Assembly: GCA_030141605.1 (NCBI GenBank)
Contig: JAQGDQ010000147.1
Location: 372,001 to 436,000 of the forward strand
Direction of reading: 5' to 3'
DNA from: Tubiluchus corallicola
Taxonomy: Eukaryota > Animalia > Priapulida
Length of the DNA stretch: 64,000 nt
The position numbers and the translations under genes were made by a program. The notes below the pieces were generated by a model. That model searched no databases and was not told where the DNA came from. It saw only the letters and a list, made by a program, of their open reading frames with translations. Position 1 is the stretch's first letter; each line of letters starts with the position of its first letter. Below, one piece after another: positions 23,912 to 36,523 of this stretch.

Positions 23912-24661
23912 GTGCTCGGGCTATATACCTATGGCCCGTGGATCAATACGGGGGCCTGGGGAGGGCCCCACTGTCTTGACTGAAAAATAGACTTCAGTCA
24001 AAAAGGTTTAGTATCGCTTTGCTAAACAAGATTCTAAAGTAAGGCGGGCAAGGCGAGACAAGGCACTATTTGTGAAATTGTGTTGAAACCGCCGTGAGCA
24101 TCGAATATAAGATGTTGCGAGCCAATTTTTAAAACGCGCACAGCTTTGTGTGGTCTTGTATTCAACAGGCGAATAGTTGTCAGTCCCTGATATTTTTCCT
24201 CAAATCAATTCAAGTTAATAGTTAGTTAGTTAATAATACCTTGGTGTGGCAACTTCGACAACCAGACTTCTGCTTACTAACAACGGGCGTTAACAAAAAA
24301 ACTAGTTAAGAAACGCAGCAAAGGCCAGTACGACCCTGCCTCGGACTCTGTGTAACGTATGTTTCAAGCCATTCGCTCATATTGTATTTAACCGCCAGGT
24401 TTCCACCGTCTCGTAAAGATATACGCATATACACCGACTACCATATTCAACTAAACTCTAACGAGAATCAGGGCGCTGACGCTTATAATCGCAAATTTTC
24501 AAAATAGCAAAAAGGCAACAACAAATTCTTTACGTCCACGACTATTTTTTATTCGCCAATATTCAATGAAAAGTCGCACTATAGTAAATAATAATAAGCT
24601 AATAATTGATAATACATACAGTAAGCTGCTACTATGTGTTGCTATGGTAACCTCCTTATCA

Positions 24662-25153
24662 AAAGAGACAGAGAGAGACACAGAGAGACAGAGAGAGAGA
24701 GTCACAGAGAGACAGAGAGAGTCACAGAGAGACAGAGAGAGTCACAGAGAGATAGAGAGAGAAACACACAGAGACAGAGAGAGACACAGAGAGAGAGAGA
24801 CACACAGAGAGGCAGATGGAGACACAGAGAGACAGAAAGAGAGACACACAGAAACAGAGAGACACACAGAGAGAGACAGAGACAGACAGAGACAGAGAAA
24901 GAGACACAGAGAGACAGAAACAGAGAGAGAGAGAGACAGAGAGAGACAGACAGAGACACAAAGAGACACAGAGAGACAGAAAGAGACAGAGAGAGGCACA
25001 GAGAGACGGAGAGAGACACAGAGAGACAGAGAGAGACACAGAGAGACACATAGAGACAGAGAGAGAGAGACACACAGAGACAGAGAGAGACACAGAGAGA
25101 CAGAGAGAGACACAGAGAGACAGAGAGAGACACAGAGAGACAGAGAGAGACAC

Positions 25154-25184
<31 letters not shown>

Positions 25185-25918
25185 CAGAGAGAGACACAGA
25201 GAGACAAAGATAGACAAAGAGAGACACAGAGAGGCAGATGGAGAGACAGAGAGAGGCACAGAGAGACGGAGAGAGACACAAAGAGACACAGAGAGACAGA
25301 AAGAGACAGAGAGAGGCACAGAGAGACGGAGAGAGACACAGAGAGACAGAGAGAGACACAGAGAGACACAGAGACAGAGAGAGAGACACAGAGAGACAGA
25401 CAGAGACATAAAAAGAGACAGAGAGAGACACAGAGGGACAGAGAGAGACAGAGACAGAGAGAGAAACACAGAGAGACAGAGAGAGACACAGAGAGACAGA
25501 CAGAGACACAAATAGACAGAAAGCGACGGAGAGAGACACAGAGAGACAGAGAGAGGCACAGAGACACAGAGAGAGACAGAGAGACACACACAGAGAGACA
25601 CAGAGAGGGACACAGAAAGACAGAGAGACACAGAGAGGGACACAGAAAGACAGAGAGACAGACAGAGACAGAGACAGAGAGTGACACAGAGAGAGACACA
25701 GAGAGACAGAGACAGACACAGAGAGACACACAGAGAGAGAGAGAAGGACACAGAGAGACAGAGAGAGACAAAGAGAGACAGAGACAGAGAGAGAGACAGA
25801 GAGAGACACAGAGAGACAGAGAGAGACACAGAGAGACAGAGACAGAGAGAGAGACAGAGAGAGACACAGAGACACAGAGAGACAGACAGAGACAGAGAGA
25901 GACAGAGAGAGACAGAAA
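24662..25918. repeat. ~1.25-kb GA/GACA-rich simple repeat
   Basis: (GAGAGACACAGAGAGACA)-like units; source of the spurious RETERD/LSVSLC ORFs. Confidence 0.97.
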
Positions 25919-26577
25919 CTGTAATTTATCGTTTCTTTTTGAAATTTTCATTTTTTATTCAGAATTATTAATAATTCGTACTAATTTTTTTCCGATTTAT
26001 GTCACATTCAAGATCGAATCTCGTCAATTTATGGACGAGCTGGCCAAAATTTTATTAATGATCTAAGTATGCCTGGTCAAGCTGTAAATAAACATATATT
26101 AATTATACTTCAAATACCCGCCCCAGTGGAGTTATGAGAATTTTAAAACAAGGTGTCATTCAGACTGTAGCAGACACGCATCTTTCATGAGCTCATGATA
26201 CCTACTGAAAGAGAATCTCAATTCATCAAACTCAATGTGGCAATAGGGCAAGACCCCTACTATATATACCACAGAGCAACTAGTCCTGGATCATTCATTT
26301 ACTGCCTGTAATGATGTGACAAATATAGGTCATTTTTTTACGTCAAAATGGCCAAAATCCGAAAAAAATCAAAATGGCGGCCTATCTCCGAAACGGCTCA
26401 TTTTTGATATCTAATATTTTGGCTGTGGGGTACATCTGAGGGGATCATCCAACCCTGTGAATATGAACAAAATCGGTGATTTGTCACCTTCCACTATTTT
26501 TTGACTTTTGCATGGTTTTCTCGCGGAATGACTCTTAATATGTATAGCCTTATAAAGTGACTTGGTACGTACATATT

Positions 26578-26960
26578 TGTCAGTCTTTTCCTAAATTAAT
26601 GGTTAAAAAGGTAAATAAACATTATGTGGAACATTCGCGCATCATTGATTATAAATCTGTTTAATGAACAAATGTTTTATGAATTTTTTTGCTAGTTTAT
26701 AAAATACCAATACAGGTACATTTTGTACATTTGCCTGTTTTTCTTTGTGTTAATTATTTGTAATGGAAAGGATCAGATGAGTAAGTTAAGGATGGTTCGG
26801 CTTTGACAGTGATCTGCTTCCTACTGAGTGCATTCTAGTTTTTACAGAAATCAATCCCATCAAAGTAACATATGTGCTATTTTTACTACTTTTCTATTTG
26901 TGCCATTTTTTCCTTTGCTTTTTTCCTGAGCGATTTTTCCCTGTGCCATTTTTACCACAC
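26578..26960 (-). repeat. Dispersed repeat, diverged relative of 61640-62000
   Basis: Reverse complement shares AAAAATGGCAC, GAAAAAGTAG..ACATATG, CTAGAA.GC.CTCAGTA, TATAAACTAGC, CGAAT.TTCCAC, TTTAACCAT in the same order. Confidence 0.65.
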
Positions 26961-27681
26961 ACCATAAAGAACGCATTCAGTGCAAGCTATCTTATAATCT
27001 TGTGCTAGGATACATCAGCATCAGATGCTTAATTACATATTTACCCTAATGCATCTTGGTAACCCTAACACATGCTCCACAGTCTGGTTGAGTATTAATT
27101 AATGAGTTTTATTTGACTGGTATACAAATAAGAACATAGGCAGTGCACGTCAGAACAGTTGCTGTTCAATGTTCAGTCTTCGCTGTATTTCTGGGTTATT
27201 GGTCCTATGCCGGACCTCTTGACATGTTGTAAGATCTGTCATGATCCCTGCTGCATTATTATTATATCCCGCATATTTTGGAAACATGATTAAATTATAC
27301 ACCTACAGTAAATTTAATATGAATTAATTGCAATAATTCAGCAGTGTAATTACCAACTTAAGTACCTTTCCTTTCTGCTGCCGTGCGAAAGCTCTGGGAA
27401 TAATTGGAGAAAAAGTACAATTATGCAGTAAAGTGCAATGACCAATTAAATTTGAGAAATTTTTTAATTCAATTTTATTCAGTAATTCAATAATTACATT
27501 ATAGCTTGGACAGACAGTTATTTAACTGTTAGACATGAAAATTTTAGCAATTTTATTATTATTTATACATGTAGTTCTACTGGAAAAATTGCTGTGTCTT
27601 TAACACCAACCTATCTTTGCCTCACTGAGTTACTGATTATGTCTGGATCAGTTTACTATCTGTAGCTTTTTCTTTTTTCAG

Positions 27682-27725
27682 GTAGTTGAAAGTGACTGTG
27701 ATGAAGAACTTTTGTTTAATATTCC
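27682..27725 (+). CDS. PITHD1: PITHD1 exon 2
   Basis: TTTTTTCAG|VVESDCDEELLFNIP|GTAAGT. Confidence 0.95.
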
Positions 27726-29864
27726 GTAAGTAGTCCTTACAAGCCATTAACAAATTTGTAATGTATGTTAGTAAGTACTAAATTACATTTGTGACCTTTG
27801 CATGTTTTATTTCATTTCAGGCTTTTTGCGCATGGACATTTGTGTTTACTTGTGGTTTATATTTTTTACACAGAACCGGTAAGGTGAAATTGGTAATAAA
27901 TTCTGTAGTTCATCAAAACAGTGACACGTGTTGGAAAATACATTTGCTCTTAGTTGTTGTAAAATTGTGCCAGACCGGGCAATTGTATTTTCATAGTCAG
28001 CACACATTTCTAACAAATTCTGCAGCGCTTCAAAACACTGCCATGTGATCAGACAGTATGACTGTCATAGAATGCCAAATACAAAGATCAGTTGAAGGCT
28101 TTGCAATGGCCTTTTAATAATAATAGCATTATTATTATTATTAGGAATTTATTTACCACTTATTGCTGTATATTCAGAATGTTCCATGTTACTTTACAGT
28201 CACATTAGTAAATGCATGGTTGCTGTTAAACTAGACATTATTTATATACTAATATACCGACCACGAGTGTTATTAATACGTAGAATTTAGTAAAGGAATG
28301 CTATTACTGTGCTGTTTTTCACATGTTGTCTGGAGCAGATTTAGGTACAGATTTTGTTCTTTTGTACTTGTTTCATCATGTATCAGGTAAAAATTATTGC
28401 AGGCAGTTACAATAAAGGCTGCTTGTAAACACTTCGTTCAGTTTCTACTTCCTGCTTTAATTTACAATACACCTTCATGAAGTAACTAAATTAAGAGCCG
28501 CTATTTTCACGAGTGAGAGTGAATTATTCAGTGTGTTTTGCTACAACTGGTTTTTAAAGGTTTATATTTATAAAAAGGTCAGATTTATCGTGAGTTTAGG
28601 AATGTGTTTTATCATATATGGCTGAATCACTTTAGTCCTAACTGAGTTTATGGTGTAACACAAACTGTAGAAATGACAAATATATTGGGAGAATGTTGAG
28701 GTTGAAGCTTCAGGGCCTTTGATTCAAGTATAGTTCCAGAAACAACATGCTATGATTTAATTTTGCAAGTTGGTGTCTTGTAGGTGTCTGAAATGCAAGA
28801 TTATATAGGCAGTTGTTTTTTCTGTGTAAGTCTTGTGTAAGAACTACATTACTTCAACACGAAAGAGTTTTGTGTTTTTGCCATTTTAGTCTATGCATAC
28901 CATTTTAGTTTATGCATACCTTAAATTAGTATCTGGATTCTGGAAAGTAAAGAAATAGACAGGTAGAGCTTATTTGCCCAAATACAAGAAGATAGCAGAG
29001 GTTATCCAGACCTCTTTGCCTCACTTTATACTTCCATTTTCAAAGAGTCCATATCAACATTCCCACTTTCTGTCTTTTGTGCCTCAAGGTCCTTGAGAGA
29101 ACATGAAGGTTGATAATCGATGCAAGAATACCATGATTCCCTGTAATAGTTCTAGATTCAGAGGCTTCAAGTGTACACCTACCATGGGAAGCAATGCATA
29201 ATAAATAAGAGGTTAAGTTAATAACTCCTAAATTCAAGGTTTATTTGAGTCTTTAGTTTGTATTACATCTATTTCAGACATTGGGAAAGCAAATTTTTTT
29301 ACAGTATATAAATTAAAATAAATTTACCCAACAAGAGATAAGAAGATGTCTAAGATAAGATAAGATAAGATAAGGCTTGTCTGCTAATGACAACATCACT
29401 TCTGTAGAACAACTCAGTTAATGTTGAATGAATTCTGTCTCTATAACTGTTCCTTTTAAATGGGCACTGAAAAATTCTTTTTGCCTTCTTGTCAATAGAT
29501 TTGTTTAAGCAAAGCATTTTGACTTGAGCATTTGAAACTGGATAAGTAAAAATACCTCAAAGAATTTTAAAACAGCAGAAAGGGGCAAGAGGGACCTGTG
29601 CATTTACAATAGAATTTGTACTACTAAAGAAGGGTAAATAGCTATACTGTATTCTCATAGTTATTAAGCAATTTTTATAAATCTTTGTTCACTTCTATCA
29701 TAATGCAAGCTGCTATGGCACGTTTCTGCAATGGATATGTAAAATTTACATTTTTGTGTGTACACTATGCATTTTTTATAGATTTTATTGTTTTGTTGGT
29801 ATACAGTCATTGTTACCTTTGTTAATCAGTAGCAAACTTTACCAATGTCTTCTTACTTTTGCAG

Positions 29865-29942
29865 GTTTACTGGAAATGTAAAGTTAAAAGGTATAATAAT
29901 TATTGGTGGTGAAGATGACACCCATCCATCATTTATGAAACT
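29865..29942 (+). CDS. PITHD1: PITHD1 exon 3
   Basis: TTTTGCAG|FTGNVKLKGIIIIGGEDDTHPSFMKL|GTAAGT. Confidence 0.95.
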
Positions 29943-30260
29943 GTAAGTACATGTACTTTTCACAAGATGTTATTATATTAGATAAGCTTGTAGTGAAGTC
30001 GTGTACTCATTTATGGTGCTTACTGCTCATTTTGTGGCATCTCGTGGATTTGATTTCGTGGTGAAATTTAGTAATCGAGAACTTTGGGAACGGTGCGCAG
30101 CTTCTGTTTTTCTGATAGCACATGTTGACAAGGTGCAGTATTGGTTTTTATGTCTCATAGTGGTGTTTCCGGTACTACCCCTAATATCACTGTGGTTCAA
30201 GCTTACAGGTGTCATTTGCATTTTCTCTTGCTGAAAAGCCCACAGAATTTTAGCTGGTAT

Positions 30261-30543
30261 CACTATTGTCATTTTTGTTATGGCTTCTTGTTGCATAAGT
30301 CACCTTAATTGTGATAATATAATATTTTTGTATTCTAGACATAAAAGTAGACCTCACCACCTTGTCACATTTGTCACGGCTTCTTGCTGCATAAATGTCA
30401 CCTGGTATAATATAATTTTTTGCATTGTTGGTATAAAAATAGACCTCACCACTATTGTCATTTTTGTTATGGCTACTTGCTGCATAAATGTCACCTGGTG
30501 ACAATAGAGTTCTTTCCACTGCAGGTATAAAAATAGACCTCAC
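30261..30543. repeat. ~92-97-bp tandem repeat x3 overlapping the PITHD1 exon 4 acceptor
   Basis: Unit CACTATTGTCATTTTTGTTATGGCT..TGCATAAATGTCACC..ATAAAAATAGACCTCAC; the last unit ends inside exon 4. Confidence 0.85.
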
Positions 30544-30629
30544 ATGACATTTGATGATACGTCTATGGCAGCTGACCAAGAGTTTGAACTTCAAAGAGAT
30601 TACTTTGGCTTGCTAGAATACGTGACAAA
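30525..30629 (+). CDS. PITHD1: PITHD1 exon 4
   Basis: CTGCAG|YKNRPHMTFDDTSMAADQEFELQRDYFGLLEYVTK|GTGAGT. Confidence 0.95.
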
Positions 30630-30811
30630 GTGAGTGCATTTTGATGAAATTTGATAGTAAGGTGTGCTTTTACTTGAATCTACTATTTTTTTAGTGTTGT
30701 AACTATTCTGCAGTTCATGTTATGTGTCCAAATTTGTGATGCATGAAGTTATGATTAGCTTATTTTCTTTGTTGCCATTAGTCCCGTTACTATAATGAGA
30801 TTTGTCTAATG

Positions 30812-31852
30812 CAGGGGCGTGCAAACTGTGGTCTGCCGAGAGATCTTGTGCGTCCTGCAAAGAGGTTTGTCAACCTAATGAAAGTGCGGCCTGGGCGACG
30901 AATGGAGTCGCAAATATCAGGAAGTTATTTCCAGCTGAAGTCCGCACCACGATCGCAAAGATAGTGCGGGTTAATTTTTCCACTAGATCAGATGGCATTA
31001 ACCCTTACAAAACGGTTGTCACTTAATGTCAGTGTCATACATGACAAAATTTAACGCTGCTCACTTCGTACACAAAAAAGGGATGTAATCACAGAACACA
31101 GCAAGCTATCACGGAAGCCGCCATTGAAACGCTCAAATGTGCAAAAAATGCAAGACGTAATCTGATTGGCTGGTAGGAAGACCAACCAGCCAATTTCTGG
31201 GCTTCTATTATTGGGCCGGTTGATCGGCCCAGTCCTCTTCTTGATCATAGCAGGTAGATCATTTTGACCTGGTTATTTTACAAAATAAATTATAAAGTAA
31301 CCAAGTCAAAATGATCTACCTGTTATGTCCAAGAAGACGACTGGACCAATTAAACTGTAAGTAGCCAGCAAGCTGAAAAAGTGTAGTCACCCCTGCTAAA
31401 GGGGGATTCCCAGATTTTAGTTTCTGCATAGGCACAGTAGTACACACCTCGATCAGTGACTGTTTCATCGTTTCATCAGGTGTACTGTTCTTATAGATCA
31501 GAAACATGGATAAGAAAAAAAGAGGAAGATTGAAGAAGAACATTGAGTGTTTCAAGACAGATTAATATGCACTGTACTGCACAGACCATGTGATACATTG
31601 TACTAACATGCATTGTAATAAAATTACCACTATCTGACATGAAAGTTGAAATCTATGGTTTTTAATGTAAATTTTAATGACTTCTAAAATAGTTTTCTAG
31701 GGTGTAGTAGTAATGATGTGTGAAGAGCAAATGCAAAAACATCGTTATTAGGTCGCACTGTTCTTGGCTTGTTGACCAAACTATATGCAGCCCGCAGAAA
31801 TTGCGGGAAAGTTTAATGTGGCCCATCTAGTCAGATAATTTGCACACCCCTG
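30812..31852. mobile_element. Non-autonomous hAT element, 1041 bp
   Basis: TIR CAGGGGCGTGCAAA ... TTTGCACACCCCTG; 8-bp TSD GTCTAATG / GTCTTATG (7/8 match). Confidence 0.85.
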
Positions 31853-31969
31853 GTCTTATGTATAAATTTCAAGCTATATTTTGTTGCAAGGAGCACACCT
31901 CTGGATGTCAATCACTGTAGTATTTGTTTATAAACTGTCCTGATTTTTTGAGATTTTTTTCTATTTCAG

Positions 31970-32078
31970 ACCAGTAAAGTTTTCAAGTACCTATCACATT
32001 TCTATTTACTTTCCAAGAAACTTTGGTGGTGAGAGAACAAAGGTATACTACATTGGACTTCGGGGAGATTTTACTCAG
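31970..32078 (+). CDS. PITHD1: PITHD1 exon 5
   Basis: ATTTCAG|[36 protein letters not shown]|GTAAGG. Confidence 0.95.
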
Positions 32079-33754
32079 GTAAGGAAAACTGCTTAATGCA
32101 GATAATAGATTTCATGGTCTTGAGAAACATGCTTAAAATTTATGTTTCTGAGTAGCATAAGGATTTGCCATTTTAAGAAAATCTTAAAACAGCCATCTTA
32201 CATTTTTTGTGCTTAAATCGCTGATAAAGAACTTGCAAATGCACCAATCATAGCAGCCTCTACTCTGCATATGCCTTTAATATAATTAATATCTATATAA
32301 TATGATATATATATAATTAATATTAATTATTAATACCTAGCACACAAAAATTATTGTAATTTGTTTATTGCTAAGTGGTTACAGTATGTTCAAAATGACC
32401 AAAGTTAAAGGAGAAACCAAGGCTCTCAGCAAATTAAGCTTATTTTAATATTTGAGAAAAATGTTAGGAAATTGCAGCAATAAAATTGTGATATATATAT
32501 ATATATATAATAATCTTTATTTGCCATTAAAAACATTGATAATCACTGATAAAAACTTTATAGAGATAATCAATCAGTGTTAGTTAATAAAAACTTACAC
32601 TGCTGAAGGCAAATGCGTCAGTGCAATCTAAACTACTGTGCAGTAATGACGAATAAAATCAAACATATTTACAACTATACACAAAAAAATGATAAGTGTA
32701 TCACCATGATCATGATCAAAGTCGTGATCGTTTCATATTTGGGCACACTTATTTTGAATCGAAAATGATGTTCTGGTACCGTGCAGTATCAACACCTATC
32801 CTGCTAGGTGCTTGAGCGATCTTTTTTGTGGCTGCAGCTACTATTATCAACTGTAAAAAATCCAAAGCATTAAACAAGAGATTATTAATATATATTTTTT
32901 TATTTTTTGAGGAATGGCATTAACCACTATGTAATGAAAACCAGTTACCGACGATAGAAAAATAACCTTCAACTTGTTTAGCTAACCCTGACAAAATAAC
33001 TGAATATGTTGACAAGCTAAAAGTGAACTCTTTAAGCTAAGTAATGCACTTTATAAGGTTGTTGCTAATGATCTGATGACTAATGTGTTTACGCAGTTAA
33101 ACACATTGGTTAGTCAGCATGAGAATAGCAGAATGTCTAAGTGAACTGAAGAAGTTTTGTTATACGTGTCTTTGCACTGTCCACCAGCTTCCAGCATCTT
33201 TTCAAATATGCCTGCAGTTAGGTTGACTGGCGTAACACAAGAGTGATTTAAACTTCTTCTGCATTTTTAAGCAAGACACTTTATGAGTATATATTGTGTG
33301 GTAATTTCAATATTTTAAATTGTCTGTGGGTTTGGTTTTTTTCAATAATAGTGCCAAGCCTGGTCAGTATATGAGTCTGCCTGGAAAACTGTCTCTAGTT
33401 ACTTGTTTCTTTTACACTACCGTTGCTGTTCATCTCCGTGAAGGAGGATATAAATGAGTGCAAATTGCAATGGACTAAGATGCATTTGCTGTTTTAGTAT
33501 CTCATCTTAGAAAGATTATCCTTAATAATCAGTTCTGTTTCAGTCTTGTCACAAACCTTACATTAAATGGATTATGCCACTGGCCGCTAAATCCAGACTT
33601 GCTGAAACGTCTAATTCGTGCAGCTGAACTGAAACGAGTGGTAATGGGATTAGAAGGCATTGATATTGATTTGTATGTAAGAATAGAGTTCTGGTACATT
33701 TGGAGTGGATATTAGTATAATGAAGAATCATTTTGGCAAAACAAATCTTTGTAG

Positions 33755-33856
33755 GCTCAAAGACATGGTGTAACAATCTGTAATTATGAAGCACGTGCAA
33801 ATCCTGCAGATCACAAAACGGAAACTCAAGAAGACGTGAGGCACATGATCCACTGA
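33755..33856 (+). CDS. PITHD1: PITHD1 exon 6 (last coding exon)
   Basis: CTTTGTAG|AQRHGVTICNYEARANPADHKTETQEDVRHMIH-TGA. Confidence 0.93.
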   Translation, partial: AQRHGVTICNYEARANPADHKTETQEDVRHMIH

Positions 33857-35232
33857 GTCATCTAAGAATATGACAAAGCTAGTCTCTATGTAAATACGAT
33901 TAATATGCTTATTCTTTACATTGCTATTTTGGGGAATGGTGTAACTTGTTACCTATCCTGCTTTGTGCTGTTGGTTCTGCAGTTATATCTCGACAGTAGT
34001 TTCACAATTATTGTCAAATAATTTACATAGTCATTTATTTTGGTGAACAAAGTGGACGAAGACAATAGATTTAAATGACGCTTGTGCACAGAAGGAGATG
34101 GCTAGCTTACAGTATGACACATACAGTTGTTTTTGTATAACAGTGTGGCACCCAATGTTGTCTCACAAATTGTGGAAGGCTAGCAATCTCTTTCTGTGCA
34201 CCTACTGCATTTAAGTATTGGTGTAGTCAAGCAAACTTTGCACAATTTATGATGTAAGCATTTTTTTGTAAAACCATTTTTATTTGTTAAACATTAGTGG
34301 ACAAAAAGTCCAAACAAAAATCTGTAAATTTATTCGGTTCATTAAAATATTCTGGATTTCTTTTTAAAAATTAAAACCAAGCTGAAGATCTTGCCGTTGT
34401 CATCTTTAATGGAGTTTAAGTAAAATCTGGGTCATTTTGGTGTGTGTACATGTAACAAGCATAGCATTCTGAAATACAGAGCAACTAGGAGTACAGAAAA
34501 TTTGATGGCAAGAGAGCGACAATTTGATCGCAGGAAATTTCAGTGACTTAAGTGCAGTGTTTGTTCAAATTTGTATTACACATTATATTTTCAAAGATAT
34601 TTGTACAAAATGGGGTAAGATTCTTGAGATTAACGAACACATTTGTGAAAAAGGTTTTTGTCAATATATGTAACAACAAATTCATTTAATGGCACAAACA
34701 CTTTATTATTGACTCTCTTTCCTGTACACAGCGTTGTGACTACTAGATTAAAAACTATAAAAGCTCAAATCAGTTGAAATTGGTTAACCTTGGGCAGAGC
34801 AGCAGAAACCAGTCAGGTGAGAAAATGATTCACTGTAGTCTAACTTGTTGTAATGTTGCTGAAAAGTTTATAAAGTTCATAAAGCAAACTCGTGAATCAA
34901 TTCATGACAACATTTTTGTAATTCTGTACTTCTGTAAAAGCTGATTAAAAACCTTTGCTCTGAATCAGAGGCCTGGATTTATTTTCTTTCATCTAAATCA
35001 TGCTGCCGGGACTGGGCCAGCAATGTTACATATTATTATTGTTAGGAAATGGCATACCATCACTGGCCCAATTAAGGTTTGCCTTTATGCCAGCATTGCC
35101 GGAATGAGCCGTAATAATGCCAAAACTGACCCATGTTTACCGGGTATTTACACACACTTTCAAATTTGAGTCCGATTCCATAAGTAAAAGAAAATGTGCT
35201 TTAAAAATTAATATTATACAAAACATAAGTCA

Positions 35233-35460
35233 TGGACTTTGATTTGTGCATTGAGACTTTAATGGTTTTTGGACTTTGATTTGTGCATTGAGACGTTAAT
35301 GGTTTTTTTGTTAAGTCATGTATGTTTGTGTATCAGGTTTATTATCAACCAGTACAATGTCAAATAGATATCCTAATCAACATAGTCAAAATATAAATAG
35401 TCATCAACATAGTCAAAATATAAATAGTCATCAACATAGTCAGAATATACGTAGTCAACA
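35233..35460. repeat. Two small tandem repeats (~38 bp x2; 27 bp x3) between the convergent PITHD1 and MRPL15 3' ends
   Basis: TGGACTTTGATTTGTGCATTGAGAC.TTAATGGTTTTT twice; TCAACATAGTCAAAATATAAATAGTCA three times. Confidence 0.85.
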
Positions 35461-35942
35461 TGTAAATATCAGTTTACAATAACTCTCTCGTCTCCTCTCT
35501 CTCCCCGTTTCTCTCCAAATAATGTTTGATTGTAAATTAGGATTTGTTGTATTGCTTTATGTTAACGTGTTGTTTTGTAATATGAAGTTGTTCCGAAACA
35601 AAACTATTCAATTAATTCCATCAATCTTCAAGAGCCCCTCTGTCCATCCTTTGATAATTTTTTCCTACTTCTCCCTCTTTTTTCCTTGCTTCCTTCTTCT
35701 GTCATTCTATCTGTTCTGCAGCTTATGCTATAGCACACACCCTGTAAGCTTTGTCGAGTTTTGTGGTCTAAACATGCCGCACACTATTAAGTTCAGCATC
35801 GTCCAAATGAGTGTAATTTCTGTATTATAAAGAAAGCACTCAAATAACAGTTACTTAGTATCTACTCTGTCACATAATTATTATTTCAACTTCCAGTAAA
35901 AAAATAACACTAAAAACAATTATAATGTAAAGTTGTTGCTTC

Positions 35943-36404
35943 TTAGCTTTTATAATATGCTTTCAACTTTTCATTGGTAGGTTTAAGGATTACTCTGTCT
36001 TTCATATTAACTACCCAACCGGGTTCAAGGCCGAAATAAACTTGTCTTGGGTCTTTCCGCATCATTAACATGTCATACAGTGGATCTTTAGTCAAATCTG
36101 GTAAAGTGTATCCATATTTCTGAGACAGCTCAAATCTGGCTTCCTCGACAAGTGCTGGATCTGCTAGGTAACCACGATTTTTCGGATCTGCGTAGTATGG
36201 TGCGCAGTCATCTGGCGGCAACATTCTGCGTGGTATTGGCACACCCATCTTGAAAAATGCTAAAGGGTCCGATAATGCAAAAACGCAAAAGGGATCATAG
36301 AAAGCAGTAGTAATTACACCACCAGCACGTTCTATGGCTGCAATAACCAACTCGGAAGCCCACTGCACTTCAATGTTTACTTTTGCACAGAACACATCAG
36401 CTCC
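35943..36404 (-). CDS. MRPL15: Mitochondrial ribosomal protein uL15m, exon 4 (last)
   Basis: TTTTCAG|[37 protein letters not shown]...[13 protein letters not shown]...[19 protein letters not shown]...YYKS-TAA. The four exons join in frame to 876 nt (291 aa). Confidence 0.96.
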   Translation of the reverse strand, partial: GADVFCAKVNIEVQWASELVIAAIERAGGVITTAFYDPFCVFALSDPLAFFKMGVPIPRRMLPPDDCAPYYADPKNRGYLADPALVEEARFELSQKYGYTLPDLTKDPLYDMLMMRKDPRQVYFGLEPGWVVNMKDRVILKPTNEKLKAYYKS

Positions 36405-36523
36405 CTGAAAAATACAAAATATTTTATTTAAGTTTTCTTTTCTCACTAATTCATTTATTTTATGTAGGGAAGCATCATAAAAAAGCTAGTTTCTGTTGCT
36501 GACATATTGCAGGTGCCTGGCTG

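Larger units (their letters stand above)
22969..26534. mobile_element. Non-autonomous DNA transposon, Sola3-like, 3566 bp, in PITHD1 intron 1
   Basis: TTAA|GAGTCATTCCG ... CGGAATGACTC|TTAA; imperfect TIRs of ~490 bp (22969-~23455 vs ~26037-26534). GAG..CTC termini, TTAA TSD and long TIRs are the described Sola3 hallmarks. No transposase ORF. Confidence 0.85.

Noticed and set aside
24566-26066. Long ORFs (215-416 aa) in several frames on both strands
   Set aside because: Translation of the GA/GACA simple repeat, which lacks stop codons; not genes.
30261-30543. CRISPR-like repeat-spacer array (also considered for 17410-17495 and 18405-18500)
   Set aside because: Units are degenerate tandem duplications without unique spacers; eukaryotic context with no cas genes.
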